Below, one piece after another: positions 6,428 through 15,075 of a stretch of 15,075 bases of DNA. The notes beneath the pieces were generated by a model that saw nothing but the letters and a program-made list of their open reading frames with translations, was not told the DNA's origin and did no database searches. The translations under genes were made by a program, and so were the position numbers. The stretch comes from Calditrichia bacterium. Its GTDB lineage: Bacteria > Calditrichota > Calditrichia > RBG-13-44-9. Each line of letters opens with the position of its first letter. Within the stretch, counting starts at the first letter, position 1. The stretch is taken from assembly GCA_037381445.1 (NCBI GenBank), contig JARRQT010000067.1, positions 1 to 15,075 of the forward strand. Reading direction: 5' to 3'.

Positions 6428-7967
6428 CTCTGTTTTTTGTCAAGGGAAGGCTCACCGTGAAGCTGGTTCCCCTCCCCGGTTGGGAGGCATATGAAATCCG
6501 GCCGCCATGGGCGTTTACGATCTCACGGCTGATAAAAAGCCCCAAACCTTCCCCGGATTTCTTGGTGGTAAAAAACGGTTCAAATATCTTGTTTTGGTAA
6601 TTGGGATCGATGCCCGGCCCGTTATCGGTAATTTTGACTAAAACCCGGCTATTTCTGCGGTAGATTTTTACCCGCACCTGCCCGTCCTCTCCCAGCACCT
6701 CAAAAGCGTTGTGAAAAAGGTTCATGAAAACCCGTTTCAACTGCAGCCAGTCCGCCATGACGGGGTAATCCCTCTGCAGCCTGGGATGATTTATTTTGAT
6801 CTTTCTGACGGACGCCTCGTAGATGACATCCTGCATCATATTTTCAAACTGTTCGGACAGATTACAGGGGACCATATTCAGGTCAGTGAGATGCGTATAG
6901 CTCAGGTAATGGTTCAGGCTCGTAGTCAGATACTGAATCTGGTTCTGCATTTTCTCCAGCAGGCTGTTTACTTCCGGGCGGATTGATCCGTATTCCCGCT
7001 GCAGGGCGTTTGCCAGCAGTTCCGAATGCAGGCCCAGCGTATTGAGGGGATTCCGGACATCGTGCATCATGGCGCTGGTCAGCCGCGAAATGGTGGTGAG
7101 CCGGTCAATCTTTTTGATGTGAGAATCGAATTTTGCCTGTGTGGAAATATCCTGAAAACTTACGATGAATGCGATGTTGCCAGGATTAATCTTGCGGATC
7201 CGGCTGATGGAAACCAGCGCCGGGAAGCTGTTGCCGTCGTTGCGCAAAATGTTCAGGTGCAAGGTCGGCACCCTCTCCCTTTCCGAGCGCACCCGTTTTA
7301 AAAACAGGTCCCGGGATTTCAGCGCAAAGACTTCCGTGATCCTCTTTTTCAGGATATTTGCAGGTTCCAGCCCGGTGAGGCGGGAAGCCATCGGGTTCCA
7401 GTGAAGCACATGCAGTTCCTCGTCACAGCCCACCACCCCGATGGGCGATTCCTTGATTAGCTGGTAGATCACGTTCAACTGCTTCTGTAGTCCATTTTTT
7501 ACGATTTTCAGTTCCTGGATCAACTGCTGGTCCTTCAGCCAGATATCCCGGTAAATCTGGCCCCACCACTGGCTCAGAAAAATGAGGGCGTAATCGAAGA
7601 TTTTCTGGACATTTTCCAGCTTTGCATTAAAATCTTCTCCTTCGTTGACATGATGATGGATCAAAAAGTGGTTGAGAACCACCCGGGCTGTCCCCAGCAG
7701 CGCCAGCTGCAGATGGAAATTGCGCCTTAATTTGCTGTCCCTCTGGAACGTCTGCAGGTAGAAATGGCTCAGATAGTGACCGAATTCATGGCGCCGCTCG
7801 GATTTCAGGTCTTTTTCCACATGGGAAAATATACCCTCCAGAATCCGGGCGCAGGATTCCTCCGTAATTTCGAGATGCTCGCCCCAGCTGGCGGTAAACA
7901 GGGTCTCCATGCTGGTATCGATGAGCGCCGCTTTGTTGGTATGTATAAGATTGCTGATACTTTTCAT
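6408..7967 (-). CDS. Cytoplasmic PAS-domain sensor histidine kinase
   Basis: PAS (ESPIGVV...WNPMASRLTG), H-box MMHDVRNPL, N-box VFMNLFHNA, DNGPGI, FEPFFTTK and GEGLGL. No evident transmembrane helix. Overlaps the regulator start. Confidence 0.93.
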   Translation of the reverse strand: MKSISNLIHTNKAALIDTSMETLFTASWGEHLEITEESCARILEGIFSHVEKDLKSERRHEFGHYLSHFYLQTFQRDSKLRRNFHLQLALLGTARVVLNHFLIHHHVNEGEDFNAKLENVQKIFDYALIFLSQWWGQIYRDIWLKDQQLIQELKIVKNGLQKQLNVIYQLIKESPIGVVGCDEELHVLHWNPMASRLTGLEPANILKKRITEVFALKSRDLFLKRVRSERERVPTLHLNILRNDGNSFPALVSISRIRKINPGNIAFIVSFQDISTQAKFDSHIKKIDRLTTISRLTSAMMHDVRNPLNTLGLHSELLANALQREYGSIRPEVNSLLEKMQNQIQYLTTSLNHYLSYTHLTDLNMVPCNLSEQFENMMQDVIYEASVRKIKINHPRLQRDYPVMADWLQLKRVFMNLFHNAFEVLGEDGQVRVKIYRRNSRVLVKITDNGPGIDPNYQNKIFEPFFTTKKSGEGLGLFISREIVNAHGGRISYASQPGRGTSFTVSLPLTKNRDENGNE

Positions 7968-7985
7968 GGTCCCTGCAAGTCCCGC

Positions 7986-8013
7986 AATCTGAGTAATTTT
8001 TTACGTATGTCAA
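7986..8013 (-). promoter_or_regulatory. Possible sigma70 promoter for the kinase/regulator pair
   Basis: Perfect TTGACA (8013-8008), 16-nt spacer and a weak -10 CAGATT (7991-7986), about 20 nt before the kinase ATG. Confidence 0.33.
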
Positions 8014-8324
8014 AAGGATTGCTATCGTCGTCCAAAATTACGCTCGATTTTTTTCGCACTAAATTAACATATTGAGTGAAAAAAGAAAACTAATTTCAAA
8101 ACATGAGGCGAAAAATATGGATTTATTTTCCGGATAATTGGAGAAAAAACAGGGAATGGGGGTTGAATAGATTAATTTTTTGGGTTTTGAGAGGAATGGC
8201 GAACAGGGAGATGAACAACCGGGATTTGGCCAGTGATTTCAGGATGGCAATAATCGGAAAATATGCGGCCGGATAATCTTTGACCGGCGGATTGTCCGGA
8301 GATCATTTTGAGGATGATTGGAAA

Positions 8325-9989
8325 ATGGCAATTGAGAGAAACAGTTGGGGGAGCCGCATCGGCCTGATTCTGGCCATGGCAGGGAATGCGGTAGGGCTCG
8401 GAAATTTTTTGCGCTTCCCGGTGCAGGCAATCCGGAACGGCGGCGGCGCCTTCATCATTCCCTATCTCATCTCCTTTCTGCTGATGGGTCTTCCGCTGCT
8501 GTGGGTGGAATGGGCCCTCGGCAAGTACGGCAGCCGCTTTGGCGATCATGCTTCCCCTTTCATTTTTGACCGCATGGGGAAGGGACGATTCTGGAAATAC
8601 CTGGGCGTATTCGGCATCTTCTCCAATTTTGGGGTGGCGGCCTACTATGTTTATATCGAATCGTGGACATTTTCGTTTGTCTGGTTTTCGGTATTCGGCA
8701 GCTTTTCGGGCCTATCGGAAAGCGGGGTCAGCCATTTTTTCGATAAATATGTGAATATCAATCCCGGCATGGTGAATCTGCCGGTGATCGCCTTCCTGTT
8801 CTTTCTGCTGACCCTGTTCATCAATATCACCATCCTGTCCAAAGGCCTGAACAAAGGGATCGAACGGGCCTCCAAAATCGGGATGCCGCTGCTCCTGCTG
8901 TTCGGCGTTCTGCTTGCCATCCGGGCCGTGACCCTGCGCCAGGGCGTGGAGGGCGCCACATTTGATTCCGCGGTGGGGCTGAATTTCCTGTGGCAGCCGC
9001 AGCTCAAATCACTCTACAACCCGGATGTATGGCTGGCGGCCGCGGGACAGATCTTTTTTACGCTTTCCCTGGGGATGGGCACCATTGTCTGCTATGCCTC
9101 CTATCTGGACAGCCGCGACGATATTGCCCTCAACGCCATGTCCGCCGGCTGGATGAATGAATTCGTGGAAATAGTGCTGGGCGCCTCCATTGTGATTCCC
9201 ATTGCGGTGGGCTACATGGGGCTGGATTGGGTCAAGGCCAACGCCGGTTTCATGATGGGCTTCAAAACCATGCCTTATCTTTTTCAGCAATGGGGACCGT
9301 TCCTCGCGGCGCTTTCCGGGGTCCTGTGGTTCGGGCTGCTCTTTTTTGCTGGAATCACTTCTTCTCTGGCTTTCGGCACCCCGTGGATGGCCATGATGCA
9401 GGACGAGTTCAACTGGGACCGCAAAAAGTCCGCCTACACCTTTGGCCTGCTCATCCTGCTTCTGGCGCTCCCCTGCATCTTTTTCTTCCAGGCCGGTGTG
9501 TTCGATGAATATGATTACTGGACCGGCACCGTCTCCCTGGTCTTTTTCGCCTTGATCGAAATCATCCTGTTCGCCTGGGTGTACGGCATCGATAACGGGT
9601 GGCAGGAAATCACCGGCGGCGCAGACATTTCTGTTCCGCAGTTCTTCAAAAAAATTATCAAATATGTCACGCCGCTGTTCATCGCGGTGGTCTTCATCGG
9701 ATCGCTCATTGAACCTGCCGGCGGGGAATGGATTGCAGCTTTCAAAAGCCTGTTTGCCGGTCACGGCTGGCCCTTTGATGCCGCCAGCCTGGTGAGCAAG
9801 GTTTTTCATTTGAGCGAAAAAGATACCCGCTGGTTCATCAACGGCCGGGCCACCACTATTTTCATCATCGACATGTCCCGGGTGCTGCTGACCCTGGCAT
9901 TCCTGGGAATTGCCCTGGTCGTGAAACTGGCCATGGTGAGGAGAAAGCGGCTGCAGAAAAACGAAAATCTGGATGGAGTCACATCATGA
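8325..9989 (+). CDS. NSS (SNF/LeuT) family sodium-dependent amino-acid transporter
   Basis: Motifs RNSWGSRIGLILAMAGNAVGLGNFLRFP, NGGGAFIIPY, KGIERASK, AAGQIFFTLSLGMG and FFAGITSS, with many hydrophobic helices. The ATG at 8325 with GAGGA upstream is preferred to the TTG at 8280. Confidence 0.94.
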   Translation: MAIERNSWGSRIGLILAMAGNAVGLGNFLRFPVQAIRNGGGAFIIPYLISFLLMGLPLLWVEWALGKYGSRFGDHASPFIFDRMGKGRFWKYLGVFGIFSNFGVAAYYVYIESWTFSFVWFSVFGSFSGLSESGVSHFFDKYVNINPGMVNLPVIAFLFFLLTLFINITILSKGLNKGIERASKIGMPLLLLFGVLLAIRAVTLRQGVEGATFDSAVGLNFLWQPQLKSLYNPDVWLAAAGQIFFTLSLGMGTIVCYASYLDSRDDIALNAMSAGWMNEFVEIVLGASIVIPIAVGYMGLDWVKANAGFMMGFKTMPYLFQQWGPFLAALSGVLWFGLLFFAGITSSLAFGTPWMAMMQDEFNWDRKKSAYTFGLLILLLALPCIFFFQAGVFDEYDYWTGTVSLVFFALIEIILFAWVYGIDNGWQEITGGADISVPQFFKKIIKYVTPLFIAVVFIGSLIEPAGGEWIAAFKSLFAGHGWPFDAASLVSKVFHLSEKDTRWFINGRATTIFIIDMSRVLLTLAFLGIALVVKLAMVRRKRLQKNENLDGVTS

Positions 9990-10090
9990 CAACAGCGGCA
10001 TTGGTGACCATGATTGTTGTGCAGGGTGCGGTGACCCTGATAACGGTTTATTTTTTCCGGAAAATTCTTAAAACGCCGTCCAAAAAGTAG
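9986..10090 (+). CDS. 34-aa single-TM protein, MetS-like NSS transporter small subunit (not in ORF track)
   Basis: ATGA overlap with the transporter stop and GGAG RBS at 9975-9978. Translation MTTAALVTMIVVQGAVTLITVYFFRKILKTPSKK: one hydrophobic helix plus a basic tail. Confidence 0.78.
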   Translation: MTTAALVTMIVVQGAVTLITVYFFRKILKTPSKK

Positions 10091-10110
10091 AAGGCGAAAG
10101 GGTCAGGTTT

Positions 10111-11046
10111 TCACTCAGCGAAAGCTGTTTTCCCGTTTATCTGCTCTTTCATGAAACCGGCGATCTGAGCGGCGCTATTGCGCACGATGTCATCCGGCAC
10201 CCCGTCCCGGTTTTTGGATTGCAGCCGCATGTCGCACGATTCGTTTACATAATCCACCACGATGAATTTCTGGTCCTCGGTGACCGCAATTTCCGTCGAG
10301 AAGAAATACAATTTGCAGATTTCGGCGATTTGATGCACCATCGGGAAGAGCGGCTGCAGCGTATACTGTTCAATTTCATCCGGGCTGAGCGTCTGGTATT
10401 GATGGGTCAGATCATTCCACCAGGCGCACTGCACCAATCCGCAGGAGTAAAATCCCCGGAACCAGAAGCGTCGCCCGTCCCTTTCCAGCGGGGTCACGAT
10501 TTCCTGCAGAAGGTACTTGTCCTGCTGGTATTCCTGCCGGGCCTTGAGCACATCCTGCAGGGTCTCTGCGCCATGCACCACCCCGATGCCGCCGCCGGTG
10601 GTGTTGGCCGGTTTGATGATAAAATTGCGGCCCAGATGCGCCAGGTCTTCCACGGAAAGGGCGCAGACCGCTTCGGTATCGTAGGGGGGCAGAATGATGG
10701 TGTGGGGCGTGTGCAGGCCACGGGAAATGAATTCCAGGTGCATGGTGGCCTTATCGGATGCCCAGCGCAGACTCTCCAGCGGTTCGAACACCCTCACGCC
10801 GCTATCCGTCAGCAACTGCTGAAGCCCCAGGAATTCGGGGGAGGTGTCGGAGGCCCGGTCGAAAAGGTAGCCGAAACGCAGCCCGCCCTCTGCCACGTCC
10901 TTCATGGTTTCCTGCAGATTATCCGGCGTGACGATGAAAGTAGTAAGCCCCATGCCGTGGGAAGCCTCTTCCAGCAGGCGGATAAAATCATGGTCGTATT
11001 CCCAGTCGGAAGCGACGGCGAAATCGAAAGGACGCGCCTTCTCCAT
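10111..11046 (-). CDS. Uncharacterised ATP-grasp fold protein (RimK/glutathione synthetase-like)
   Basis: Ordered ATP-grasp motifs: ASDKATM, GLHTPHT, FIIKPANTTGGGIGV, YLLQEIV, FFSTEI and VVDYVNE. Confidence 0.72.
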   Translation of the reverse strand: MEKARPFDFAVASDWEYDHDFIRLLEEASHGMGLTTFIVTPDNLQETMKDVAEGGLRFGYLFDRASDTSPEFLGLQQLLTDSGVRVFEPLESLRWASDKATMHLEFISRGLHTPHTIILPPYDTEAVCALSVEDLAHLGRNFIIKPANTTGGGIGVVHGAETLQDVLKARQEYQQDKYLLQEIVTPLERDGRRFWFRGFYSCGLVQCAWWNDLTHQYQTLSPDEIEQYTLQPLFPMVHQIAEICKLYFFSTEIAVTEDQKFIVVDYVNESCDMRLQSKNRDGVPDDIVRNSAAQIAGFMKEQINGKTAFAE

Positions 11047-11207
11047 TACCGTCCGCCTTTTCCCGAGCCTTTAATTCCCATAAATCCGTCCGTATATTGC
11101 GATCTGTTTTGGGTCATATTGAATTATATGTTTTGGAACCCGGATGAAAATCGATATTTTAAGAATTAAATTTTTCTGCCCGGTAAAATAAACAGAGGAA
11201 TTGCCGA

Positions 11208-11573
11208 ATGCAAAAATATTTCAAGCAGGATTCGCCGGTCCGCATACCGACGGACGATAACAAATTAATTGAGGAGCATTTCGGGCTGGCCAGCACCGGT
11301 TCGGGGAATTTCAGCATCGCCCGCATGGTGGCGCCTCCTGGCTGGGAGGAACCCCACCAGAACCCGGAATTCGATGAGATCACCATCGTGATCTCGGGCC
11401 GTAAACAGATTGAAGCGGACGGCGATGCCATTTTGCTGGGCGCCGGGGAAAGCCTGCTGGTCCGCAAAGGCACCCGGGTTAAATATGCGAATCCCTTTGA
11501 AGAACCGGTGGAATACTGGTCGGTGTGCATTCCGGCATTTTCACCGGATACCGTGCACCGGGAAAGTGAGTAA
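11208..11573 (+). CDS. Cupin-domain protein
   Basis: AGAGGA RBS. Cupin-like motifs PPGWEEPHQNPEFDEITIVISG and LGAGESLLVRKG; 121 aa. Confidence 0.85.
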   Translation: MQKYFKQDSPVRIPTDDNKLIEEHFGLASTGSGNFSIARMVAPPGWEEPHQNPEFDEITIVISGRKQIEADGDAILLGAGESLLVRKGTRVKYANPFEEPVEYWSVCIPAFSPDTVHRESE

Positions 11574-11580
11574 AAAAGAT

Positions 11581-11603
11581 CGCCTTCCGGCGAGGGAAAG
11601 GCG
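11581..11603. terminator. GC-rich hairpin just after the cupin stop, possible terminator
   Basis: CGCCTTCC-GGCGAG-GGAAAGGCG, with an A-tract on the left and only a weak U-tract on the right. A second inverted repeat (CCGGCGG...CCGCCGG) lies at ~11619-11652. Confidence 0.3.
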
Positions 11604-11727
11604 GCGGGTGATTTTATTCCGGCGGCCAAAAAAATGTTGTATTGCCCGCCGGAGTTGTCTATCATTGGATTCAAAGAAAGGAAGCAGTTATATAAAAATT
11701 GTAACGCATTGAGGAAACAGATTGACG

Positions 11728-14700
11728 ATGAAAAATAGATTCTATCCCGGACACCCCATCCACCAGCACTTGAAGGAACGGATACTGATCATGGACGGGG
11801 CCATGGGCACCATGATTCAGCGTTACCGCCTCACCGAACAGGATTTCCGGGGTGAGCGCTTTGCCGATCATCCCGTGGATGTGCGGGGAAACAACGATTT
11901 GCTGTCCCTCACCCGTCCGGCAGTGATTGACGAGATACACCGGGCCTACCTGGAGGCGGGGGCGGACCTGATCGAGACCAACACCTTCAATGCCAACGGG
12001 GTGTCGCAGACCGATTACCACATGCAGGAGCTGGTTTATGAGATGAACCTGGAATCGGCGCGGATCGCCCGCAGGGCGGCGGATGAAGTCACCGCAAAAA
12101 ATCCGGTAAAACCGCGTTTTGTGGTGGGGTCCATCGGCCCCACCAACCGCACCGCTTCGCTGTCGCCTGATGTCAATCGTCCCGGCTACCGCGCGGTGAC
12201 TTTTGACGATCTGGTGGATGCCTATTCGCCGCAAATCCGGGGGCTGATAGACGGCGGCGCGGACCTGCTGATGGTGGAGACGGTATTTGATACCCTGAAC
12301 TGCAAGGCCGCGCTGTTCGCCATCGATCGTATCTGCGGAGAGATCGGCCGGAAAATCCCCGTCATGGTTTCCGGCACCATTGTGGACGCCAGCGGCCGCA
12401 CCCTTTCCGGGCAGACCCTGGAAGCGTTCTGGATATCCGTCTCCCATGCCGATCTCCTGAGCGTGGGCCTGAACTGCGCCATGGGGGCCGCCCAGATGCG
12501 CCCTTTCATGGAGGAGCTTTCCCGCATGGCGCCCGTTTATACCACGGTTTATCCCAACGCCGGCCTGCCCAATGAATTCTGCGAGTATGATGAGACTGCC
12601 GAGATCACCGCAGGCTTTCTGGCGGAATACGCGGACAGCGGCTTCATCAATATTGCCGGCGGGTGCTGCGGCACCACCCCGCCCCATATCCGCAAAATCG
12701 CGGAAACCCTGGCCGGCAAAAAGCCCCGCCGGATTCCCGAAGTGGAAGCGTATGCGCGTTTCAGCGGACTGGAACCGCTCACCGTTCGTCCCGATTCCAA
12801 TTTTATCAATGTGGGGGAACGCTGCAATGTCACCGGTTCGGCGCGCTTCGCCCGCCTCATCCGCGAGGAAAATTACGAGCAGGCCCTGGAAGTCGCCCGC
12901 CGGCAGGTGGAAAACGGCGCCCAGATCCTGGACATCAATATGGACGAGGGCATGCTGGACTCCGCGCAGGCCATGGTGACTTTTCTCAATCTCATCGCCT
13001 CCGAACCGGATATTGCCCGGGTCCCCGTGATGCTGGATTCCTCCAAATGGTCGGTGATCAAAGCGGGGCTGAAATGCGTGCAGGGGAAATGCATCATCAA
13101 CTCCATCAGTCTGAAGGAGGGGAAGGACGTTTTTAAATCCCATGCCGCGCTGGCCCGCCGTTACGGCGCAGCGGTCATTGTAATGGCCTTCGATGAACAG
13201 GGGCAGGCGGACACGGTGGAAAGAAAGGTGGAAATCAGTGCCCGGGCCTTCAAAATACTGACCGGCGAACTGGATTTTCCCCCGCAGGATATCATCTTTG
13301 ATCCCAATATTTTCGCGGTGGGGACCGGCATCGAGGAACATGCCGATTACGCCCTCAACTACATCGAGGCCGCCCGCCGGATCAAGGCCATGCTGCCCGG
13401 CGTGCTGGTGAGCGGCGGGGTGAGCAATATCTCTTTCGCTTTCCGTGGCAACAATACGGTGCGGGAGGCCATGCATTCCGCTTTCCTGTATCATGCCATC
13501 CGGGCGGGCATGGACATGGGTATTGTGAATGCCGGCCAGATTACGGTGTATGAAGAGATCCCTAAAGATCTGCTGTCCATGGTGGAAGACGTGCTGCTGA
13601 ACCGCCGTCCGGACGCCACCGACCGGCTGGTGGCCTTCGCTGAAACGGTGAAGCAGAAAGGGAAGGAAAAGAAGGAGGAACTGGCCTGGCGCAGGGACCC
13701 GGTGGAAGCGCGCCTGATCCATTCACTGGTGAAGGGAATTGTGGAATTTATCGAACAGGACACCGAGGAGGCGCGGCAGAAATACGGCGAAGCCCTGCAG
13801 GTGATTGAAGGCCCGCTGATGGACGGCATGAATGTAGTGGGCGATCTGTTCGGTTCCGGGAAGATGTTTCTGCCGCAGGTGGTGAAAAGCGCGCGGGTGA
13901 TGAAAAAGTCGGTCGCTTACCTGGTGCCTTACCTGGAAGCGGAAAAGGAGAAGTCCGGCGGCCGGCAGATGGCCGGAAAAATCCTGCTGGCCACCGTGAA
14001 GGGGGACGTCCACGATATCGGGAAAAATATCGTGGGTGTGGTGCTTGGCTGCAATAATTATGAAGTGATCGATCTGGGCGTGATGACGCCAGCCGAAAAG
14101 ATACTGGAAACCGCCCGCCGCGAAGTTCCGCTGCTCATCGGCGGGGCCACCACTTCCCGCAAGCACACCGCGGTGAAAATCGCGCCGGCATATTCCCATC
14201 CGGTGGTCCATGTGCTGGATGCCTCACGCAGCGTGTCGGTGGTTTCCAGCCTGCTGGATGCCAAGCGAAAGGGCGGATTCGTGGAAGAGATCGGGCAGGA
14301 ATATGAGAAAATCAGGAAAGCCCACGAGCAGCGCTACGGAGCGAAGGAACTGCTGAGTCTGCAGGAAGCCCGCGCCAACCGCCTGCAGACTGATTGGAAC
14401 CAGGCGGAGATCACCCGGCCCTCTTTTCTGGGGACCAGGCTGTTCGATGATTTTCCGCTGGAGAAAATCCGGGAACGCATTGACTGGACGCCGTTCTTTT
14501 GGACCTGGGAATTCAAGGGAAAATTCCCCGCCATCTTCGATCAACCCGGTTACGGGAAGGAGGCCCGCAAAGTATACGATGATGCCCAGGTGCTGCTCGA
14601 TAAAATCATCCGTGAAAAACGGCTGAAGGCGCAGGCGGTAATCGGGTTCTTTCCGGCGGGCAGCGTGGGATTTGACGACATCGAACTGTACGCGGATGAT

Positions 14701-15075
14701 TCCCGGGACAGCCTGCTCGCCACGGTGCATACCCTGCGGCAGCAGATGAGGAAACCGACCGAGCAGCCCAATCTGGCGCTGGCGGATTTCGTGGCGCCGG
14801 CGGAAAGCGGCGTGCGGGACTACCTGGGAATGTTTGCGGTGACCGCCGGGGTGGGAATTGAAGATCTGCTGCGTGAATTCGGGGAAGCGCAAGACGATTA
14901 CCACAGCATCATGACCAAGGCGCTGGCGGACCGCCTGGCGGAAGCCTTCGCGGAACTGATGCACGAACTGACCCGCAGGGAATTCTGGGGATACGCCCCG
15001 GAGGAAAATCTAAGCAACGAAGAGCTGATTCACGAGAAATACCGGGGGATCCGTCCCGCGCCCGGCTACCCGGCC
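11728..15075 (+). CDS. metH: Cobalamin-dependent methionine synthase, 3'-truncated by the window edge, with an in-frame ~31-codon deletion in the B12-binding domain
   Basis: Open frame from the ATG at 11728 (GAGGA upstream) to the window end. Contains [18 protein letters not shown] and GGCCGTTP (Zn/homocysteine domain), [20 protein letters not shown] and SGGVSNISF (pterin domain), [14 protein letters not shown] (cap), [12 protein letters not shown] (B12 His), and [12 protein letters not shown] and IRPAPGYPA (AdoMet activation domain). Confidence 0.96.
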   Translation, partial: MKNRFYPGHPIHQHLKERILIMDGAMGTMIQRYRLTEQDFRGERFADHPVDVRGNNDLLSLTRPAVIDEIHRAYLEAGADLIETNTFNANGVSQTDYHMQELVYEMNLESARIARRAADEVTAKNPVKPRFVVGSIGPTNRTASLSPDVNRPGYRAVTFDDLVDAYSPQIRGLIDGGADLLMVETVFDTLNCKAALFAIDRICGEIGRKIPVMVSGTIVDASGRTLSGQTLEAFWISVSHADLLSVGLNCAMGAAQMRPFMEELSRMAPVYTTVYPNAGLPNEFCEYDETAEITAGFLAEYADSGFINIAGGCCGTTPPHIRKIAETLAGKKPRRIPEVEAYARFSGLEPLTVRPDSNFINVGERCNVTGSARFARLIREENYEQALEVARRQVENGAQILDINMDEGMLDSAQAMVTFLNLIASEPDIARVPVMLDSSKWSVIKAGLKCVQGKCIINSISLKEGKDVFKSHAALARRYGAAVIVMAFDEQGQADTVERKVEISARAFKILTGELDFPPQDIIFDPNIFAVGTGIEEHADYALNYIEAARRIKAMLPGVLVSGGVSNISFAFRGNNTVREAMHSAFLYHAIRAGMDMGIVNAGQITVYEEIPKDLLSMVEDVLLNRRPDATDRLVAFAETVKQKGKEKKEELAWRRDPVEARLIHSLVKGIVEFIEQDTEEARQKYGEALQVIEGPLMDGMNVVGDLFGSGKMFLPQVVKSARVMKKSVAYLVPYLEAEKEKSGGRQMAGKILLATVKGDVHDIGKNIVGVVLGCNNYEVIDLGVMTPAEKILETARREVPLLIGGATTSRKHTAVKIAPAYSHPVVHVLDASRSVSVVSSLLDAKRKGGFVEEIGQEYEKIRKAHEQRYGAKELLSLQEARANRLQTDWNQAEITRPSFLGTRLFDDFPLEKIRERIDWTPFFWTWEFKGKFPAIFDQPGYGKEARKVYDDAQVLLDKIIREKRLKAQAVIGFFPAGSVGFDDIELYADDSRDSLLATVHTLRQQMRKPTEQPNLALADFVAPAESGVRDYLGMFAVTAGVGIEDLLREFGEAQDDYHSIMTKALADRLAEAFAELMHELTRREFWGYAPEENLSNEELIHEKYRGIRPAPGYPA

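Noticed and set aside
5264..6460. 398-aa plus-strand ORF
   Set aside because: It is antisense to the clearly conserved sigma54 regulator and has no domain features.
8302..8318. Small hairpin ATCATTT-TGA-GGATGAT covering the transporter RBS
   Set aside because: The stem is weak and AU/GU-rich with no supporting leader structure; likely chance.
9009..11169. ORFs 9009..9809 (-) and 10219..11169 (+)
   Set aside because: They are antisense shadows of the NSS transporter and the ATP-grasp gene.
11574..11727. Possible SAM or cobalamin riboswitch upstream of metH
   Set aside because: Two hairpins are present, but I could not find conserved riboswitch core motifs and the region is short. An Rfam/Infernal scan would settle it.
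12580..12582. Cys in Met[13 protein letters not shown] where Gly is usual
   Set aside because: A single-base difference (GGC to TGC) whose significance cannot be judged without an alignment.
11671..14964. Long minus-strand ORFs (683, 162 and 246 aa)
   Set aside because: They are antisense shadows of metH with no recognisable motifs; the real gene is on the plus strand.

Overview
Bacterial chromosomal window (lineage not determinable from sequence alone). Left half, minus strand: a cytoplasmic PAS histidine kinase and an NtrC-family sigma54 activator lie upstream of an intergenic region with a sigma54 -24/-12 box, an IHF site and two palindromic enhancer-like sites. This region appears to drive an operon encoding a small lipoprotein with eight D-[T/S]-x-x-x repeats, two divergent Ddl-like ATP-grasp ligases, a GNAT acetyltransferase and a KamA lysine 2,3-aminomutase. 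That operon is the best candidate for an uncharacterised system (a beta-lysine amide/peptide pathway). It is followed by a terminator and an alpha/beta hydrolase broken by an internal deletion and frameshift. Right half: an NSS-family sodium-dependent transporter with a translationally coupled 34-aa MetS-like membrane protein (missing from the ORF track), a third unrelated ATP-grasp protein, a cupin, and B12-dependent methionine synthase metH (missing from the ORF track because it runs off the window). This metH has an in-frame deletion of about 31 codons in its cobalamin-binding domain. No RNA genes, CRISPR arrays or mobile elements were recognised.
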